This document shows positions 12,805 through 24,300 of a stretch of 53,757 nt of DNA, in pieces (positions within the stretch are counted from its first letter, which is position 1; the number at the start of each line of letters is the position of its first letter). The notes below the pieces were generated by a model. The model ran no database searches. It was not told the DNA's origin and saw nothing but the letters and a program-made list of their open reading frames with translations. Source of the DNA: Prorocentrum cordatum (taxonomy: Eukaryota); contig CAUYUJ010000288.1 of NCBI GenBank assembly GCA_963575745.1, forward strand, positions 62,001-115,757. Reading direction: 5' to 3'. Made by a program: the position numbers and the translations under genes.

Positions 12805-14455
12805 GGCACGAGGCTCGTGGCTCTGCGACTGCCGCGAGGTCTGATCCACGCGATCCGCATGGTATATCATGGAGCGATCGCTGCCTCCACGAGGGGCGCC
12901 ACCATGTCCTTCGCGTTCCGGATTTGCAGTGGAGCCCTCCAAGGCTGCCCACTCAGCGGGCACCTCTTGATCCTCCTGAGCGCCCCCTTCATGTGGGATC
13001 CTTGGGCAGGGATCGACCTGGCGAGGCATGGGGCGACGCGGCGTTGCGCGGACGACATCGGCGCGTTGGCCCTGGACACAAAGGCGCGTAGGGTGCTTGG
13101 GCGGGTGTTCAGGCTTGCTGAGCTCGTTCGCGCATGTGCGCTTGAAGCCCGCCAAGTGCGCCGCCATTCCCCTTGACCAGCCGTGCACGGACGAGGCGGT
13201 GAGCTCGACGCAGGCGCTACTCCGGGAGATCCAGGCAGAATGGGGACGGTTCAAGACGGTGAGTTCCGCCGAATACCTCGGCTTCACCATCGGGCCAGGC
13301 GCCTCCCGAGGATTGGACCAGCCCTCCCTGCAAGTGGCAGGCGCGAGCGAGAGAGTTCGCCCGTGCTGGGGGCGACGGCCACACCGTGGTCCGCCTGTAC
13401 ACGACGCGTGCAATCCCTACGACCTCCTACGTCAGCCAACTGCTACCGATGCAGTTGCGGACCCGTGACACCGAGATCGGGGTTTTCGCCCGGCTCCTCC
13501 GGGTGCCGACGACGACTTGCCGCCATGCCGATTGGCATAACCTAGATGCTCTGGGAGGCCCGTCGCTGCCGAGCACCGTCGTGACTGCCGCCGCCGCACT
13601 CGCCAGGACGGCTACGACGACCGGCCCCGAGTGGAGCCACAGTTTTTCTTCCTCCTCCTGGTCCTCCTCCTCCTCCTCCTCCACCTCCTCCTCCTCCTCC
13701 ACGTCCTCCTCCTCCTCCTCCACGTCCTCCTTTTCTTCCTCCTCCTCCTCATCCTCCTCCTCCCCGTCCTGCTCCACACATGGAAAGGATCCTCCACGCC
13801 GCCGCCAAGGAGGTCTTGCCGATCGCCTCTCTCACGCGTGGCGCGAGGGACTGCGGCATCTGGCGCGAGAGGCCGCTGGTCGAGCACCCCCGCGAGGCCA
13901 GCGACGGGTTCCCTAACCGTCACAAGCCGGGGATCCACGCCGCGACGCTGCGCCGGACGGTCGCGGAGGCACGCCTCCTCCGCGTGCCCGTGGCCGCCCA
14001 GGCCTTCCGAAGACGCGCGCGGCGCAGGTGGTGCCGCACGGCCTGCAGGAGGAGGCCCGGGAGCGCCTCGGGAAGCGGGGTTCCCTGCACTCGCTCCGCT
14101 GCTCCCCGCGGTGGCTCGACAGAGACGGCGGGGGCACTCCTGCGGGGGCGCGCCCCCCCCCCGGTGACGAACCAACAACACACACCCACATGCCATAGGG
14201 GCATCGGCGAGGGCCATGGGTGCGTGTTGTCGGAGGGGGGTCCCCGCTCGAACGCGAGCGTTCCCCAGGGTCCGACAGCCCGCACCCATACCCATGGCCA
14301 GTCCTCCTCCCAACGACCTCCCTCGCTCGCTTGCCAGCCCGGTGAGGCCCGCCCTCCTGCAGACAAATTGGCCGTGCGCGTGGCCCAAAGGGGCGACGGC
14401 TGCAGGGCGAGGGCGCCGGCCAGGCGTGCCCCCTCGGGTGCGACGGGGAGCCCTG
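12805..14455 (+). mobile_element. Decayed 5'-truncated non-LTR retrotransposon (LINE) RT fragment
   Basis: LPRGLIHAIRMVY, SGALQGCPLSG, CADDIG, LKPAKC and EYLGFTIGP lie across frameshifts; a CCT tract interrupts at ~13645-13765. Confidence 0.85.
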
Positions 14456-14765
14456 GCTCCTCCTCCTCCTCCTCCTCCTCCTCCTCCTCCTCCTCCTCCT
14501 CCTCCTCCTCCTCCTCCTCCTCCCCCTACTCCCCCTCTCTCCTCTCCTCCTCCTCCTCATCCTCTTCCTCCTCCTCCTCCTCCCCTCCCTCCCCTACTCC
14601 TCCTCCCTCTCCTCCTCCTTACTCCTACTCTCCCTCACTCCTCCTCCTCCTCCTCCCTCCTCCTCCTCCTCCTCCTCCTCCCTCCTCCCTCATCCTCCTC
14701 CTCCTCCTCTACTCCTCAATCACAAGCTCCCCTACCTCCTCCTCCTCCTCCTCCTCCTCCTCCTA

Positions 14766-14941
14766 CAGTCGGGGCCCTGAACAAGGAACCCTTTTCGTTG
14801 GGGAGGGGCTCCGCGTTCCTTAAGTGTTTCACAGCTTGCCTCAGACTTTCCTCAGGTCTTCGATGGGACATCGAAGTTTAACTTATGGAAAATAGGGGCC
14901 TCGTTCCTTATTTGGGGTTCCTTAGGTCAACGCCCCGACTG
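14766..14941. mobile_element. 176-bp MITE, Tc1/mariner-like (TIR CAGTCGGGGC)
   Basis: TIR CAGTCGGGGC...GCCCCGACTG, flanks TA/CA; same-length sister copy at 18395-18570. Confidence 0.8.
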
Positions 14942-15708
14942 CACTTTGGGGAATTTCGTAAGTGGGGCTCGGAAGTCCCGCCCTACTCTCCAAGCCCCGC
15001 GGGTGCCGATCTCCGCCTTGCGTTTCTGCTGCTGTTCCCGCCCTATACTTCTGTGGATTGCCGCCCCACTTTCTGCTGGGTGCAGAGATTTCCGCCCCAC
15101 CTTTTCGGCCTCTTACAGGTGGATTTCCGACGCTATTTTAAGTTGGACAAAAAAGCCAAAGCAGGGCGGATCTGGTGTCGGGGAGGAGGACGCGATGTAC
15201 CGCGCCCTCCAGGATTGCGCTGGCCTCCCGCGCGCGCTGGACGAGGCGACGGGCGCCCGGAGGGGCTCCTCCCTGGCGCTCCGACCCGGTCTCGACGGAT
15301 CGGTCGAGAGCACGCTGGCCGCGGCAGCCGGATGGCATGTGTGGCGGATTATCACTCGGGTTGGTCCAAAAGGGGGTCCAGCGACAAGGGGGTGGTGCAA
15401 TAGATATAGTGCAATCGATTTGTGGGGTTGCAATACATTTGGGGCGTGCCATACATTCCGGGGCGCAAAGGTATTGCTGGGTCTTCACGTGCAATACGTT
15501 AGTTGCAATACAATGCGATACAATTCTCTGGCGCAATACATTTGCGCGGCAGCCGGATGGCATGTGTGGCGGATTGCCCGCTGCGGGAACCTGACCGACA
15601 CCCTGCTGGTGGAAGTTGGGCGGGCAGCAAGCTTCGGATGCGCGCTGAGGACCGCCAGGGGGGCGCCGGAGCGCTGCTCTGGAGCCGCGGGGCTCGTCCG
15701 CGATTGAG

Positions 15709-15984
15709 GGGCCCACAAGTTCATCGTCGTCTTCTTCGGCGTCCGCGGACTCCGCGGCATCGCCGAGGCTCACCCCGTGGGTGTCCTCGCCCTCGTGCTC
15801 GCGGGTGCCCTTGTTCCTGCTCGTCGCTCTCGCCGGCGGGTTCGCCCAGCGGCTTCTTCAGCTTGGCGGCGTCTTCCACTGCTCCGAGAGCACTGGCGAT
15901 GCCCCCCATCGAGCCCAGGCTTGGCTGATCATGCACGTTTTACCTTCCCGCCCTTCTCGGAGCTCGGTGGGCTCCTCTCTGAGG
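15709..15984 (+). CDS. Candidate upstream exon, N-terminal targeting-like leader of the monooxygenase
   Basis: The frame of ORF 15777 reads GVLALVLAGALVPARRSRRRVRPAASS..ARFTFPPFSELGGLLSEG (hydrophobic then Arg-rich). A GC donor at 15985 is phase-compatible with an AG acceptor at 17666-17667. The start boundary is uncertain. Confidence 0.3.
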
Positions 15985-17667
15985 GCGACCGGCCGGCGGC
16001 GTCAGCGTGGAGCCTCTGAGAGCGCACGTTCGCGGAGGAGGAGGAGGAGGAGGGGGAGGAGGAGGAGGAGGAGGAGGAGGAGGAGGAGGAGGAGGAGGAG
16101 GAGGAGGAGGAGGAGCTCCCAGCGCCTTCCCCTCGGTGCCTTCGCCGCCGTGCAGGCGCCCGAGGTCTGGCGCTGTGGTCTTCTGTGAGGGCGGGCGGCG
16201 TTCAGACCCCCATCGCGTGGTGAAAAAGTCGCGATCCGGGCGGTTTTCCGCCGTTCTCGGCCTCTTTACGGGGCCTCGGGGCCGTCGAAAAAACGATTCG
16301 GGATGAAGAGCCGGTCCCAGGGGAAGGGGTCCAGACCTCTGGGGGTCGACGTGGTGACAAAAAGCCCCGCCGTCGGGGGTCTGGCGTCTCCACCTTTTCG
16401 AGCCGGGCGTTGGCGCTTCTTTTCAGGCCCCGGCACCCTCATAGATCGATCCGGCGCGACAAATGACGCAGAAAGATACACACTGCTCATCTCTAATGCT
16501 TCGAATACTGTTTGATTTCTGGGGGGCCAAGATCCTTTCATTTCTACTTGTTCTATCCTGAGCCTCTTCCTGGTCACTAGGGGGCCGGGAACAATTAGAA
16601 ACGGCCACACTTAGAACTGCGCGCGATTAGACATGAACGACGTGTAGGGTCCTTGCGTAATTCTTATGTGCGCGCAGAATTCGTATGCGCGCGCGCATAA
16701 TTCTTAAGTGCGCGCGCAGAATTCGTATGTGCGTGCCCTCAACTATGAGGCTGATAGGACTAAAAGGAGAAACAGAAAGCCAAGGTCCCGGGCCCCGGTC
16801 GCGAACGTTTGCGATGTTGCAGTGTTTTTGGTGCAGCGTCGGATCTCCGGGCGTGCGGGCGGCTCTCCAGACCCCCTCCGCGTTGTGCACAGCTATCGCG
16901 ATCCGGGTGGTGTTTTTCGCTGCTCTCGGCCTCCGGGGGCCTCTTTAGACGGGGCCTCGGGACCGTCGAACATTGTTCGACGTTGTTACAACGACACAGG
17001 ATGAAGAGCCGGTCCCGGGGAAGGGATCCAGACCTTTCTGTGTCGAAGTTGTGAACAGATCATGGTTTCGGGGGTCTGGCGTCGCAATTCTTTCGAGCCA
17101 GGCGTTTTCGCCTCGATCTTTTCAGGCCCCAGGACCCTCACAGATCGATCCGGCTCGACAGGTGACGCAGAGAGCTGGGGTCTAGGGCTCTGGGCGTGAT
17201 TTCTGCGTGTTGCAATTTTTGAAGCGTCGGATTTCAGGGTATCGTGTAGTGAAAAAGTCTTGGCGGGAGGAGGCTCTTCGCTACTTTCGGCCTCCGGAGG
17301 CCCTGAGCCGGCCCTCGGGACCGTCAACAGAGCAGCTCAGCATGGAAAGCCAGTCCCGGAGAAGGGGTCCAGAGCGCTGGCGCTCCACGTCGTGAAAAAG
17401 CCACGACGCCGGGGCTCTGGGTATCGGAGGGCACACGTCGTGCACCTACACCGATCCTGGCCAGATCCTGGGCCCAGGATCGGTGTACAGACCTTCTTGC
17501 CCAAGCCAGGAAGGTGTGTACACCGACCCCAGGCTCAGAGCCTGACCAGGAGTTGGAGGGCAACGTCCACCTGCCCCTGGAAGACCAACGCTTTTTAGCC
17601 ACAAGCGTCCATGCACACAGGATGTCGCTACGCACATAGACGCAGTCGGGGGCGGACGCGTCTCTAG

Positions 17668-17707
17668 GCAAAGAGGCCGTTGCGTCCCTGCGTTCGGCGC
17701 AGCACAG
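17668..17707 (+). CDS. Candidate short exon (G)KEAVASLRSAQH(R) preceding the Rossmann exon
   Basis: tctctag|GC acceptor. It joins in phase to 18181 giving SAQHRVVIVGAGPGG, but needs an unusual GG donor at 17708. Confidence 0.35.
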
Positions 17708-17993
17708 GGTCGGAGCAAGGGCAGATGCGTCTATGGTATGTTCCTGTTCTAAAGCGGGGTCCTGCATGGTACTCCGAGCCAAGATCTGTGCAGGTGTCTA
17801 GAGGCGTCCTCCCACCGGAGCCCCAGACCCCACCCTTCCGGGCCAGCTCTCGAGCCGGATCCTTCTGTGAGGGCCCTCGGGCCCGCAGCCGGCCGAAGCC
17901 GCCCGTGAAATTGTGAAGACACCGCGGTCTGCCTGGATCTCAGGGTACACCGATCCACGGCCCAGAGCCTGGCCAGGACCGGTGCAGGCGTAT

Positions 17994-18157
17994 TCAGGAG
18001 GGGAAAAAACACACAGACACAATCAATCGTCGATCCCCCAGAAAGTATGGAAAGATATGGGAATTGAGGCGGGAAGACGAAGACTCAGAAAATACAGAAA
18101 AATATGGGGAATCGTTTGATCTGTGTGTGTTTATTTGTGTGTCCTTGGGCCCCTTCA
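17994..18157. mobile_element. Copy of the 5-bp-TSD introner-like element
   Basis: Same termini (TCAGGAGGGG...GGCCCCCTTCA); flanks CGTAT/TGTAT. Confidence 0.8.
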
Positions 18158-18180
18158 TGTATGAGTGGGCGTCCTCCCAG

Positions 18181-18379
18181 GGTGGTCATCGTCGGTGCTG
18201 GCCCTGGGGGCCTGGCGCTCGCGAGCTCGCTGTCCCGCATCCCGGGCCTGGACGTCCGGATCCTGGAGGCCCGGGCGGCCAACAAGGGCAGCGCCCGGTC
18301 CCACAGCATAGGCCTCGGCAGGAGGGCGAGGGAGGCCTTGATCGCCGTGGGCGGCGAGGAGCTGTGGCGCCGCGTCAAG
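18181..18379 (+). CDS. Exon: FAD-binding Rossmann fold (GxGxxG)
   Basis: VVIVGAGPGGLALASSLSRIPGLDVRILEAR..RSHSIGLGRRAREAL; acceptor cccag|G at 18180, GA donor at 18380. Confidence 0.9.
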
Positions 18380-21300
18380 GATCGGCTGCGCGTACAGTCG
18401 GGGCCCTGAAGAAGGAACCCTTTTCGTTGAGGAGGGGCTCCGTGTTCCTTAATTGTGTCGCAGATTGCCTTAGGTTGTCCTTAGGTTTCCGATGGGAAAG
18501 CGAAGTTTAACTTGTGGAAAAAAGGGGCCTCGTTCCTTATTTATCGTTCCTTAGGTCAACGCCCCGACTGTAAGAGTGACCCTTCGCAGGAGTGACCCTT
18601 GGTCCTGTCCTATGGACCCCCTCGAGCCAGGAAGCGACCACGACAGGAGGTGCCTCGCCGCTTTCGGCCTCTGGGGGCCCCTACACCGCGGCGGGCCTCG
18701 GGACCGCCAGAAACAGCGCCTCAGGACGAGAAGCCCTCGGCATCGCTCGGACGTGTGCATTTTTCCTTCGGCGAGGACCATCGAGGAGCATCCTTGATCA
18801 TTTGGCGAAAAGCCACGCACGAAACCGAACAAACACACAGGGAATGGACGTCCGAGCGATGCCAAGGGCGTCGGGGGCCCGCTGAGGCACTGGCTTGCGC
18901 GCTTGGGGCTGGTCCCCCCGCGGCCCCCCCGGCAGCCGCGCGCCGAGGCCCCGGACGGCGTGATTGTTTCGTGGCATGGGCTCCCAGATCTGGACAGCCC
19001 CCGGGACCGGCTTTTCGCCCCGAAGCGTTTCTGGAAGGTGCCGATCGGGCCGGTGCGGGGGCCCCCCGGAGGCCCCGGAGGCCGAGGGACCTCTCGTCGC
19101 GAGCTTTTCCACTTCGCGAGGGGGTCTGGGAGTGGCTCTCGGAAGGTACCCACGAGGTCCCAAGAGAGAGGCCCCCAGCACACCCCGAGTTTCAGTTCCA
19201 CCCCCCTCGGATCCTCGAGGGAGGTGCTGGGCCTGCCCCTCCGGTCCTCCCCTCCTTCCCTGCCCCCTCCATCCCTTCCCCCCCCCCCCCTCCTACTCCT
19301 CCTCCTCCTCCTCCTCCTCCTCCTCCTCCTCCTCCTTCTCCTGTCCAGGGCCACTCCAGCGTGTGGCCGAGAGGAGCAGGGGTTCGTGGCCAGTGGCTTC
19401 TGTCTCCACCTCAACGGCTTCGCCCTGGAGCTGCCGCCCCCCGAGGCCGGCCGGCGAGGTTCACCCAGACCTCCACCGCAGGGAAAGCTTTCGAGGCGAA
19501 GGTTTGCCGTCGTTCCCAGGCCCCCTCGAGTGGCGAAGAAGTCACGACCTATTTTTTTCGCTACCGTCGGCCTCAGGGGGCCCTGACCGGACCTCGGGCT
19601 TGTCAAAAAGCGGCACTGGATAGAAAGCCGGTCCCGGGGAAGGGGTCCAGACCTTAGGGGGTCGACGCTGCGAAAGAACCTCGACGTCGGGGGCCTGGGT
19701 ATTGAAAACATCGAGGCGCAGGTGTTGCATCGTCTTCGGCGTCTCTGGGCCCTCGCTGGGCCCCGGGACAGTCACAAAGAACGGCCTGGGACGAACCCTC
19801 GGTCACCGAGACGTGGCCCAGAGCTCTGGGGACTCCGTATTGAGGCTTACAGGGCCGACCTGCAGGTACCCTGGGAGGGGTTGTGAGGTTTTCCAAAAGT
19901 GGGGTCGTTGGTGCCATTATTATGGCTGTTGGATTAGGAGGTTTGGCCCTTGGCCTGGCTAAGGGCAGTGTAATTATCGGATTTGGGGGGGTGAGATCGC
20001 CGTGAAGCAGACTCGCCCAAGCGGGAAAACGATTTTTCGGTCTCGGCTCGTGTCGTGCGTGGTGTGCGTGCGAGGCGAGGCGATGCGAAGTTGCGCGAGG
20101 GTTTGCTGCAGTAGAGGCCGAAAGCCCAGGATGCGTCGTACTGGCCGCAATAGAGGCTGTACTGGGAGAGGTACTAGTTGTTGTGCCAAGGAGCTGTAGT
20201 ACGAGCTGCGTTAATATATGCAGAGTGCGTTGCAGTAGTAGCTCTTATGAGATCTGCATGTTTGGCCCCACTAGAAACTGCACGGGTCTGTAGTGAGAGC
20301 TGCAGGATTACCTGACGTAGGAGTTTCGGTGGGAGCTGTGCTATTGACTCCAAGAGGTTCTGCAATGGGAGATGTAGCCGGGGATGTAGTAGAGCTGCGG
20401 CAGACGTTGTAACAGATGTATCAACAGCTGTGGTACGAGCTGTAGTGGGAGCTGTGCGAGCTGTATTATTGTTTGTGGTATGATCTGACATCGGAGCTGT
20501 AGTGCGAGCTATGCTGAAAGCTGCGCTGAGCTGTAGAAGGATCTGTCGTAGGAGTTGTAGTGAGAACTGCGTTGCTGTTTGGTGTATGCATTGCTGTTGG
20601 AACTGTAGTGGTATGTGTAGGAGAGCTGCAACAGACGCTGCAGCAGGAACTGTATCAATAGCGTCGGTAGGAGCTGCATTGGGAACTATAGTGGAAGATG
20701 TGCGACTGGCTGTCATATGGATTGTAGTAGTATGTCGTAGGAGCTGTGCGGTGAGCTGTATTGATAGCTGTCTACTGGTTGTCGAAGGATCCGTCGCAGG
20801 TGATGCAGACAGACTGAGCATGCGACGAAACGGGACGGGGGCGGAAGAGAGCAATGAAGACGAGAGTGAAAGATCGGAGGAGCGAGAGTGGCCACGGAAG
20901 AAGAGAAACTGAAATCACCGAGCACGAGGCAACATGTATGATCACCTGGGGGGGGGCGCGAGCACTGATATATGTATATATTTACATAAGCATATATGTT
21001 TACACACGTACATACATACATGCACATATGTGTGTAACTATTATGCATGCACACATCTTTATGAAGTACATATACACGTATATGAACACATGCCAACACA
21101 TGTAACACGTAGTATATGCATATGTGCATCTACCTAGGTGCCAGAACATATGGAGAGGCACTGATCTACATTTGTTGTTTTTTGTTCTCTCTCTCTCACA
21201 CTACGTGTGTTAACACCTGGGCATACACCTACCAATATGTACATACCGCTCGATTGGTAAGTGAACATCCGTTTTGATGTCCCGATATGCGTCCACTCGT

Positions 21301-24300
21301 GAGATGTATTGTGCGTCCTGTGCAAATCAAAAATGGCGTCACCTCCCAAGCCTCCTGATGATCCGAAGCGCGGTCCATGAGGTATGGCTATATACAGACC
21401 TCGTCGCCCTGCCCAGGGGGAGCCCGTTGTGCTGGTGGACCGGTGGAAGATCTGCGAGGCCATCTCCGAGCACATCTCGGACGGGGCCAGGACGAGGATA
21501 AATCCGTTCCAGAGCGCTCCAGAACGCTTTCAGAGCGTTCCGGAACGCTCTGAGAAGGCCGCGGCGCCCGAGACATCCTCCAGAGGTGCCGGATTTTGGA
21601 GATTCTCGATTGATTGGGGATGCGAAAAGGTACCGATACCGCTACTCCCCGGACCTCTCCCAGGGTGCGTTCTGACCAAGATTTCGAGGAGAATCCAGCG
21701 GTGGCGACGAAGGCCTCCCGGGAGGCCCAAATATGGGGGAAACGAGGGAACGGTAGTGGTATGCGTACCTTTTCGCCCTCTCAAGATCAGGAGGGAAAGA
21801 AACACACAGACACAATGAATCGTCGACTCCCAGGAAAATATGCAAAAATATGGGAAGTGGGGGGAAGACAAAAACCCCAAGATATGGGACAAGCATTGGA
21901 GTCTTTTTAGTTGTGTGCATTTATTTGTGTGTCCTGGGGCCCCTTCGCAAGATTCACCCTCGCCCGAATTTGTCCTGGTCTTGGCTTCGTCTCAGCATCG
22001 CGTCGGTGGAGCACGCGCCGGGCACCACGATCGCGGTGGAGAGCGGCGTGCGGGTGAGCTCGGTGGACCTGGTCCAGAGGCGCCTGGCGCTCGACCGCAG
22101 CGCCGCGGCCCCGCAGGAGGTCGGGGGGAGAACGGGGTACCGATCGATGCCGCTGCTCGTCCTGGAGGGCCCTCGTCGCCGCGGGTCCCTCCTCCTCCTC
22201 CTCCTCCCTCCCCCCTCCCTCCTCCCTCCCTCCTCCTCCTTCCTCCTCCATCCCTCATCCTCATCCTCCTCCTCCGCCTCCCCTCTCCTCCTCCTCCCTC
22301 TCCCTCCTCCTCCTCTCCTCTCCTCCTCTCCTACTCCTCCTCCTCCTCCTCCTCCCTCCTCCTCCCCCTCCTCCTCCTCCTCCTCCTCCTCCTCTTCCTT
22401 CCCGCCCAGACCCCCTCGCGTCGTGAAAAAAATCACGCTGGGAGGCTTTTCGTTATTTTCGGCTTCCAGGGGCCCTCGCCAGGCTTCGGGGCCGTCGACA
22501 AAAAGACTCAGGATGAAAAGCCCGTCCCGGGGAGGGGGTCGACGTTGTGGGAAAATCACGACGCTGGGGGTCTGGGGTGGATTCTCCCCGAAGTTGTGGT
22601 CAGAATGCACCCCAGGGGGTGTCCAGGGAGCTGCGGTATCAGTCCCCGCTCGTCCCCGCAGGATAGGCGTCACCCCAACATACTAATACTATGTGCGAAT
22701 CGCCCCCCCGAGGGGCGACGCGCGCATCAAGATATCTCATATAATATGCGTCGTGGCGGGCGCTTTCTGGCCACACCGCTCGGGAAACGATGTACTATAA
22801 GATGGGTATACTTTAGGTTCGGGCCGGACGCGCGCCTCCAAGGAGGACATAAAGTATTAGTATGTCTCTGTGCGTCCCCCACAGGAGGAGGAGGGAGGCG
22901 TGCTGCGGAGCCTGCTCTTGAGCGGGGGCGGTAGCAGCAGCAGCGAGGACACCATGTCGTGGGATCTCCTGGTGGGGGCCAGCGGTGTGCGCTCAACGGT
23001 CCTCAGGAGGGAGAGAAAAAACATAGGCACAATCGATCGTCGATCCCCAGGAAAATGTTGGAAAATATGGGAAGGGGGGGGGGGGGAAGACGAAAACGTA
23101 TAAAATACCAGAGAACATAGGGAATCTTAGGACTTCTATGTACCTATGTGTCATGTGTGTGTCCCTGGGCCCCTTCAGGTCCGCCAGGCGATGAGTACCC
23201 AGTTGCCCGCCAGCGCCTTCGAATCAGAGGTAAAGACGCAGCCAGGTCGCTGGCAGGTGCTCAACATGGGCCTCCCGCCTGCCTTCGTGGCTGGCAGCGT
23301 GCACGCGATGGTAAACTCGAAGGCACCCTTTGGTCTCTTCTGCATCCCCAATATCACCGGCGAACACTGCATCATCGTATCCTGGAGCAACGAGGAGACG
23401 CCCGAGGAGCTGATGCGCGCGAAGACTCCGCGGGAGCTCGAGGATGCCATCCTGAAGTACTTCCCCAAGGTGGGCCACGTCCCCGAGGACGCCGCGAGGC
23501 AGTTTATCGAGAGCCAGGCCTCGAGAGCGGTGTTGAGTCGCTGCCGCCCGTTGCACGATGCAGATGCCGGCGTCTGCGTCCTCGGCGACGCCGCTCACGC
23601 TGTGGGCGGCGGCTCGCTGGGCCAGGGATGCAGTGCTGCGCTGCAGGACACCTTGCGATTGCCACGGTGGGCGCATCCAAAGGAGCCTGCCACTCGAAGA
23701 TTTCTCCACGGGCCTAACAGATTTCTGGGCGCTTTGCAACGCTTAGCATGTCGACGGCAAATGCGCCCCTAGACTTCCTGCAGAACCATGCTGTTCTGGT
23801 TTGCTCTCTTATGACATCGGACCGGCGGCGAGCGAGGGGGCGAAGTGAGAAGGGGCGGGCCTTCTCAGCAGGCCCGGAAGTCCCCTGTCATTCTGAGAAG
23901 TCTTCTAGAGCTCCCCTGGAGACAAAGAAAGCCTCTCAGAAGGCCGGAGGCCTTCTGAGAGGCCCCGCCGCCTTTCTGAGGAGGCCCTCTCCTTGTCACC
24001 TTTCCCCTCCTCGCTCGACGCCGATTGGGGACATGGCGTCTCCCGTGGCCGAGCAGGGGCGGGGGGAGCGGGAGGCAGAGGCGGGTGCGGGAGGGGCGGG
24101 ACAGCGGGAGGGTGGGCAGGGGTCAAGGGGGGGAGGGGGGGGGGCGGCGCAGGGGAGCCAAGAGGGCGAGGGTGAGGTGGGTGAGGTGGGGGCCAGGCCC
24201 AGATCCATACCAAGAGTCAAGGAGTCACCACCCACCAAACCACCCCAACCCAACCCAACCCGAAGGCCCCGAGCTGCCCAGGGGGGGGGGCGCGTCAGGG

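Larger units (their letters stand above)
1..22600. repeat. Dispersed repeat family A (core CCGGTCCCGGGGAAGGGGTCCAGACCTCTGGGGGTCGACGTTGTGAAAAAATCGCGACGTCGGGGGTCTGGG), many copies in both orientations
   Basis: Copies at about 1-115, 500-1050, 4500-4810, 5190-5480, 6640-6970, 7860-8075, 8510-8650, 16200-16480, 16790-17425, 18600-19100, 19500-19780 and 22405-22580; not seen after ~22.6 kb. Confidence 0.85.
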
